60,173 nt of DNA from Acidimicrobiia bacterium (GTDB lineage: Bacteria; Actinomycetota; Acidimicrobiia; IMCC26256; JACDBD01), in contig DASYFC010000026.1 of assembly GCA_036498645.1 (NCBI GenBank), positions 1 through 60,173 on the forward strand, given 5' to 3'. This document shows, piece by piece, positions 56,375 to 60,173 of this stretch; the stretch's first letter is position 1, and each line of letters starts with the position of its first letter. The notes beneath the pieces are model-generated. The model had not been told where the DNA came from. It ran no database searches and saw nothing but the letters and a program-made list of their open reading frames with translations. The position numbers were made by a program, and so were the translations under genes.

Positions 56375-57489
56375 ACGGGACGACGAACGTCGTCCTACTC
56401 GGATCGACGGGATCGATCGGGACTCAAGCGCTCGACGTCATCACGTCGCACCGCGACCGGTACCGCGTCGTTGCGCTCGCGGCCGGACGCAACGAGGAGC
56501 TGCTCTCGCAACAGGCCGCGGCCTTCGACGTCCCGACCGATCGCGTCCACCTCGGCGTCGACACGCCGGACGCGCTGGCGGCGCTCGCGTCGCTGCCCGA
56601 GGCCGACGTCGTCCTCAACGCCGTCGTCGGTTTCGCCGGCCTCCCGGCCACGCTCTCGGCGCTCACGCACGGCAAGCGCCTTGCGCTGGCCAACAAGGAG
56701 AGTCTCATCGCCGGCGGTCCCGTCGTCGCCAAGGAACGGGGAAGCGGCGGCGGCGAGATCGTGCCCGTCGACTCGGAACACTCCGCCATCTACCAAGCGC
56801 TGCGCGCCGGCGCCCCGCACGAGGTGCGCCGCATCCTGCTCACCGCCAGCGGCGGGCCGTTCCGCGGCAAGTCGCGGGCCGAGCTCGAGCGGGTCACCGT
56901 CGCCGACGCGTTGCAGCACCCGACCTGGACCATGGGCGCCAAGATCACGATCGACTCGTCGACGCTCATGAACAAGGGCTTGGAGGTCATCGAGGCGCAC
57001 GAGCTGTTCGGCGTTGACTTCGACCGCGTCGAGGTCGTCGTGCACCCGCAGTCGATCGTGCACGGGATGGTCGAGTTCACCGACGGCGCGACCGTCGCCC
57101 AGCTCTCCCAGCCCGACATGCGGCTCCCCATCGGGTTGGCGCTCGGCGCGCCGGATCGTCTCGACCAGGCCTTCGGCGCCATCGACTGGACCCGCCTCGG
57201 GACGCTCACCTTCGAGACGCCGGATCTCGAGGCGTTTCCGTGCCTCGGCCTTGCGTACGCGGCGGGCCGGGCCGGCGGCGGCGCGCCTGCGACCCTCAGC
57301 GCCGCCAACGAGGTCGCCGTCGAGGCGTTCCTCGGGGGGCGCATCCCGTGGCTGGGCATCGCCGCAGTGGTCGAGGAGGTGATGCAGCGCGGCACCGGGA
57401 ACGTCGACGATGTCGCCGACGTTCTGGAAGCGGACCGGCTGGCGCGCGAGCGCGCCCGGACCGCCGTGGAACGGAGAAGCGCAGCGTGA
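56371..57489 (+). CDS. dxr: 1-deoxy-D-xylulose-5-phosphate reductoisomerase
   Basis: The ATG overlaps the cdsA stop (ATGA). LGSTGSIGTQALDV, LANKESL, VDSEHSAI and NKGLEVIEAH are present. Confidence 0.95.
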   Translation: MNGTTNVVLLGSTGSIGTQALDVITSHRDRYRVVALAAGRNEELLSQQAAAFDVPTDRVHLGVDTPDALAALASLPEADVVLNAVVGFAGLPATLSALTHGKRLALANKESLIAGGPVVAKERGSGGGEIVPVDSEHSAIYQALRAGAPHEVRRILLTASGGPFRGKSRAELERVTVADALQHPTWTMGAKITIDSSTLMNKGLEVIEAHELFGVDFDRVEVVVHPQSIVHGMVEFTDGATVAQLSQPDMRLPIGLALGAPDRLDQAFGAIDWTRLGTLTFETPDLEAFPCLGLAYAAGRAGGGAPATLSAANEVAVEAFLGGRIPWLGIAAVVEEVMQRGTGNVDDVADVLEADRLARERARTAVERRSAA

Positions 57490-58727
57490 AGGACCCCCTC
57501 GAAGAAGCCGGCTCGGACGTGACCCGCCGCGGCGCCGGCGTCTCGCTCCTGCTGGTCCTGCTCGGCCTGATCCTCCTCGCCATCCTGCGCCCGTCGACGA
57601 TCGACACCCTCGCGATCATCTTCGGCATCGTGGCGCTGATCATGCTCCACGAGGCCGGTCACTATTTCACGGCCAAGCGCGCGGGCATGAAGGTGACGGA
57701 GTTCTTCCTCGGCTTCGGGCCGCGCGTGTGGTCCTTCCGGCGCGGCGAGACGGAGTACGGCGTCAAGGCCATCCCTGCCGGCGGGTACGTCCGCATCGTC
57801 GGGATGAGCAACCTCGAAGACGTCGACCAGGACGAGGAGCGCCGCACATTCCGGCATGGCACCTTCGGGAACCGCCTCACGGTGATCCTCGCCGGCGTGA
57901 GCGTGAACCTGATTCTCGCCTTCGTCCTCATCTACGCCGCGCTCATCGGCCGGGGCCTTCCCGACACGCTCCAGGCATCGGTCGATCGCGTACTTCCCGA
58001 CAGCCCGGCGGCGGCGGCAGGCGTCCGGAACGGCGACCGCATCATCAGCATCGACGGGCAACGTCTCGACGTCGGCCGCGATATCGCCCAGGCGCTCCAC
58101 GACCGCGTCGGCCAGCCGACCACCGTCGTGGTCAAGCGGGAGAGTGGGGCCGCGACCCTCACGGTCGTGCCGAAGGAGCGGAGCAGCACCGACAACAGCG
58201 GGATCATCGGCGTCTCCGTGAGCCAGAGCGTGTCCTCATACCGGTCGTTCAACCCGATCGAAGCCGTTCCCGAGTCGGCGACGACCATGGCCCAGATCAC
58301 GCGGGACACGGGCGCCGGGATCGGCCGCCTCTTCTCGCCCAACGGCATCGAGAACTACAGCAAGAACTTCACCGGCAACGCGCCGAAGCAGGGGACCCCG
58401 GCGGCGAACGACCGCCCGCGCTCGATCGTCGGGATCGTCGACCTCGGCGGCCAGCTCGTGGGCGGGAACGTGTGGAGCCTGCTGTTCCTGCTCGGCGCCA
58501 TCAACCTCATCGTCGCCCTGTTCAACCTGATCCCCTTGCTGCCCTTCGACGGCGGGCACGCCGCGGTCGTCGTCTACGAGCAGGCTGCGTCGAAGATCCG
58601 GGGCCGCGAGGTGCGCGTCGACTTCCGCAAGCTAGTGCCGGTGACGGCGCTCGTCCTCGTCGTGTTCCTCACGCTCGGGTTGTCGGCGATGTTCCTCGAC
58701 ATTCGCCAGATCTTCACCGGATCCTGA
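57486..58727 (+). CDS. rseP: M50-family site-2 protease (RseP/Rip-like) with PDZ domain
   Basis: The GTG overlaps the dxr stop (GTGA). HEAGHYFTAK (HExxH), a PDZ segment (PAAAAGVRNGDRIISIDG) and NLIPLLPFDGGH are present. Confidence 0.9.
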   Translation: MKDPLEEAGSDVTRRGAGVSLLLVLLGLILLAILRPSTIDTLAIIFGIVALIMLHEAGHYFTAKRAGMKVTEFFLGFGPRVWSFRRGETEYGVKAIPAGGYVRIVGMSNLEDVDQDEERRTFRHGTFGNRLTVILAGVSVNLILAFVLIYAALIGRGLPDTLQASVDRVLPDSPAAAAGVRNGDRIISIDGQRLDVGRDIAQALHDRVGQPTTVVVKRESGAATLTVVPKERSSTDNSGIIGVSVSQSVSSYRSFNPIEAVPESATTMAQITRDTGAGIGRLFSPNGIENYSKNFTGNAPKQGTPAANDRPRSIVGIVDLGGQLVGGNVWSLLFLLGAINLIVALFNLIPLLPFDGGHAAVVVYEQAASKIRGREVRVDFRKLVPVTALVLVVFLTLGLSAMFLDIRQIFTGS

Positions 58728-58788
58728 TCACTTCCACCCGTCCGCGCTTCGCTCGTCCCGGCGCGCGCCCGTAGGCTGGCGCGACGGC

Positions 58789-58839
58789 GGCGGCTTTGCC
58801 GACCGTCGCCGCACAGTCCGAGCTTGCGAGGACGACGAG
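58789..58839 (+). repeat. intergenic hairpin repeat, copy C (more degenerate 3' half)
   Basis: GGCGGCTTTGCCGACCGTCGCCGCACAGTCCGAGCTTGCGAGGACGACGAG has a 5' box identical to copies A and B. Helices CGCA/TGCG and CGTCG/CGACG are retained. The SD (GAAGG) and the ispG ATG follow. Confidence 0.5.
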
Positions 58840-58850
58840 AAGGTGGCGTG

Positions 58851-60056
58851 ATGCACGAACGACGGATGACCAGGCAGATCCACGTCGGCGACGTGCCCGT
58901 GGGTGGCGGCGCTCCCGTCTCCGTGCAGTCGATGACGACGACGAAGACGGCCGACGTCGACGGCACGCTGAGCCAGGTCTACGCGCTCGCCGCCGCCGGC
59001 GCCGACATCGTGCGCTGCACCTGCAACGAGGAGGAGGCGGCCGAGGGCCTCGCACAGATCGTTCCGCGGTCGCCCGTCCCGCTCGTCGCCGACATCCACT
59101 TCCAGTACAGGCTGGCGCTGGCGGCGATGGAAGCCGGCGTGCAGGCGCTGCGACTCAACCCCGGCAACATCCGCAAGCCCGAACAGATCAAGACGGTGGC
59201 ACGCGAAGCCAGGGACCGCGGCCTGCCGATCCGCATCGGTGTCAACGCCGGCAGCCTCGACCCCGACATCGCGCAGCAACACGGCGGCGCCACGCCCGAG
59301 GCGCTGGTCGCGTCGGCGCAACGCGAGCTCGCGTACTTCGCCGACGTCGGCTTCGAGGACGTGAAGATCTCGGTGAAGTCGTCCAACGTGCCCGTGATGA
59401 TCGACGCCTACCGGCTCCTGTCGGAGACCGTCGACTTCCCGTTACACCTCGGGGTGACCGAGGCCGGCCCGCTCCCCGGCGGCTTGGTCAAGTCGACCGT
59501 CGGCATCGGGACGCTGCTCGCCGAGGGCATCGGCGACACGATCCGCTTCTCGCTCACCGCCGATCCGGTCGAGGAAGCGCGCGCGGGGCGGCAGCTGCTC
59601 GAGACGCTCGGGCTGCGCGAGCGCAAGGGACTCGATCTGATCGCGTGCCCGAGCTGCGGCCGGGCCGAGGTCGACGTGATCCGTGTCGCCAACGACGCCC
59701 AGGAAGCTCTCTCCGAGCGCAACATTCCCCTCCAGGTCGCGGTGATGGGCTGTGTGGTGAACGGACCGGGCGAAGCCCGTGAAGCGGACCTGGGCATCGC
59801 CGCCGGTCGCGGGAAGGGCCACCTGTTCGTGAAGGGCAAGGTCGTGCGCGTCGTGCCCGAAGCCGAGATGGTCGATGCGCTGGTCGACGAAGGCGAGCGG
59901 ATCATGGCGGAGGGCATCGAGGCCCGGCTTGCGGCCGCCGACGAAGGCGCCGAGGCCGAAGCCGAGCGCACGCGCGAAGAGCTCCTCCAGATCCAGGGAA
60001 CCGACGCCAACGAGGCGGACGAGAAGATCGAGAAGATCCGCGAGATCGCAGACTGA
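58851..60056 (+). CDS. ispG: 4-hydroxy-3-methylbut-2-enyl diphosphate synthase (flavodoxin) with charged C-terminal tail
   Basis: TRQIHVGDVPVGGGAPVSVQSMT, RINPGN-like LRLNPGN and CPSCGR...GCVVNGPGE (the Fe-S Cys triad) are present. Confidence 0.95.
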   Translation: MHERRMTRQIHVGDVPVGGGAPVSVQSMTTTKTADVDGTLSQVYALAAAGADIVRCTCNEEEAAEGLAQIVPRSPVPLVADIHFQYRLALAAMEAGVQALRLNPGNIRKPEQIKTVAREARDRGLPIRIGVNAGSLDPDIAQQHGGATPEALVASAQRELAYFADVGFEDVKISVKSSNVPVMIDAYRLLSETVDFPLHLGVTEAGPLPGGLVKSTVGIGTLLAEGIGDTIRFSLTADPVEEARAGRQLLETLGLRERKGLDLIACPSCGRAEVDVIRVANDAQEALSERNIPLQVAVMGCVVNGPGEAREADLGIAAGRGKGHLFVKGKVVRVVPEAEMVDALVDEGERIMAEGIEARLAAADEGAEAEAERTREELLQIQGTDANEADEKIEKIREIAD

Positions 60057-60062
60057 CGCTCG

Positions 60063-60173
60063 CTAGCCGCGGGCGAGCACGCGTTTCTGCCACCACTTGC
60101 GCACGCCGCGCGCGGAGCCCGCGTGCAGTTGCGTCGCTCGCAGTTGCTCCTCACGCGTGGAGTCGAGCGGCTC
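60063..60173 (-). CDS. 3' end of an unidentified minus-strand gene (partial, enters from right edge)
   Basis: Hand translation gives ...EPLDSTREEQLRATQLHAGSARGVRKWWQKRVLARG* with stop TAG at 60065-60063. Third positions are G/C-rich. The fragment is too short to assign a family. Confidence 0.3.
   Translation of the reverse strand, partial: EPLDSTREEQLRATQLHAGSARGVRKWWQKRVLARG

Noticed and set aside
1-60173. CRISPR arrays, rRNA or tRNA genes, IS elements and long tandem repeats.
   Set aside because: None was seen on reading both strands. The only dispersed repeat is the ~50-nt hairpin family reported above.

Overview
High-GC chromosomal core segment with the gene content and order typical of Actinomycetota; the taxon is inferred from F420-type LLM oxidoreductases, a PAC2 protein, DUF2469, a WhiG/FliA sigma factor and the rpmB ... 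ispG synteny. I call about 66 protein genes. They cover the conserved block rpmB | DAK2-recG-rsmD-coaD ... yceD-rpmF-plsX-acp-rnc-mutM-acyP-smc-(mscS)-ftsY-ffh-rpsP-KH-rimM-trmD-rplS-DUF2469-yraN ... xerC-whiG-M23-rpsB-tsf-pyrH-frr-cdsA-dxr-rseP-ispG. Left of that block are metabolic and accessory genes: VOC, thermonuclease, a UvrD2-like helicase, an FAD lactone oxidase, a GH2-galK-LLM-LLM operon, an acyl-CoA ligase, ddl and pckG. Many neighbouring genes overlap by ATGA or GTGA, which suggests translational coupling, and several genes look leaderless. I found no tRNA, rRNA, CRISPR array, IS element, prophage or recognisable defence island, so most of the window is ordinary housekeeping DNA. 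The features not explained by the CDS map are these. (1) A four-copy family of ~50-nt GC-rich hairpin repeats in short intergenic gaps. Three copies sit directly on the ribosome-binding site of the downstream gene and one is inverted, and the G-U pattern favours folding of the transcribed strand in every copy. (2) A promoter-plus-terminator-bounded non-coding unit at 3.96-4.23 kb whose hairpin apex resembles SRP RNA domain IV. (3) An orphan canonical intrinsic terminator on the minus strand at 13.8 kb with no gene to terminate. (4) A local inversion of comM-dprA relative to canonical synteny. (5) A secreted M23 peptidase fused to a lipase-like hydrolase, coupled to a beta-propeller lipoprotein. 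(6) A low-GC in-frame insertion in recG. All start codons were chosen by eye (frame, SD, family N-termini). All family assignments come from motif recognition, not from database searches.
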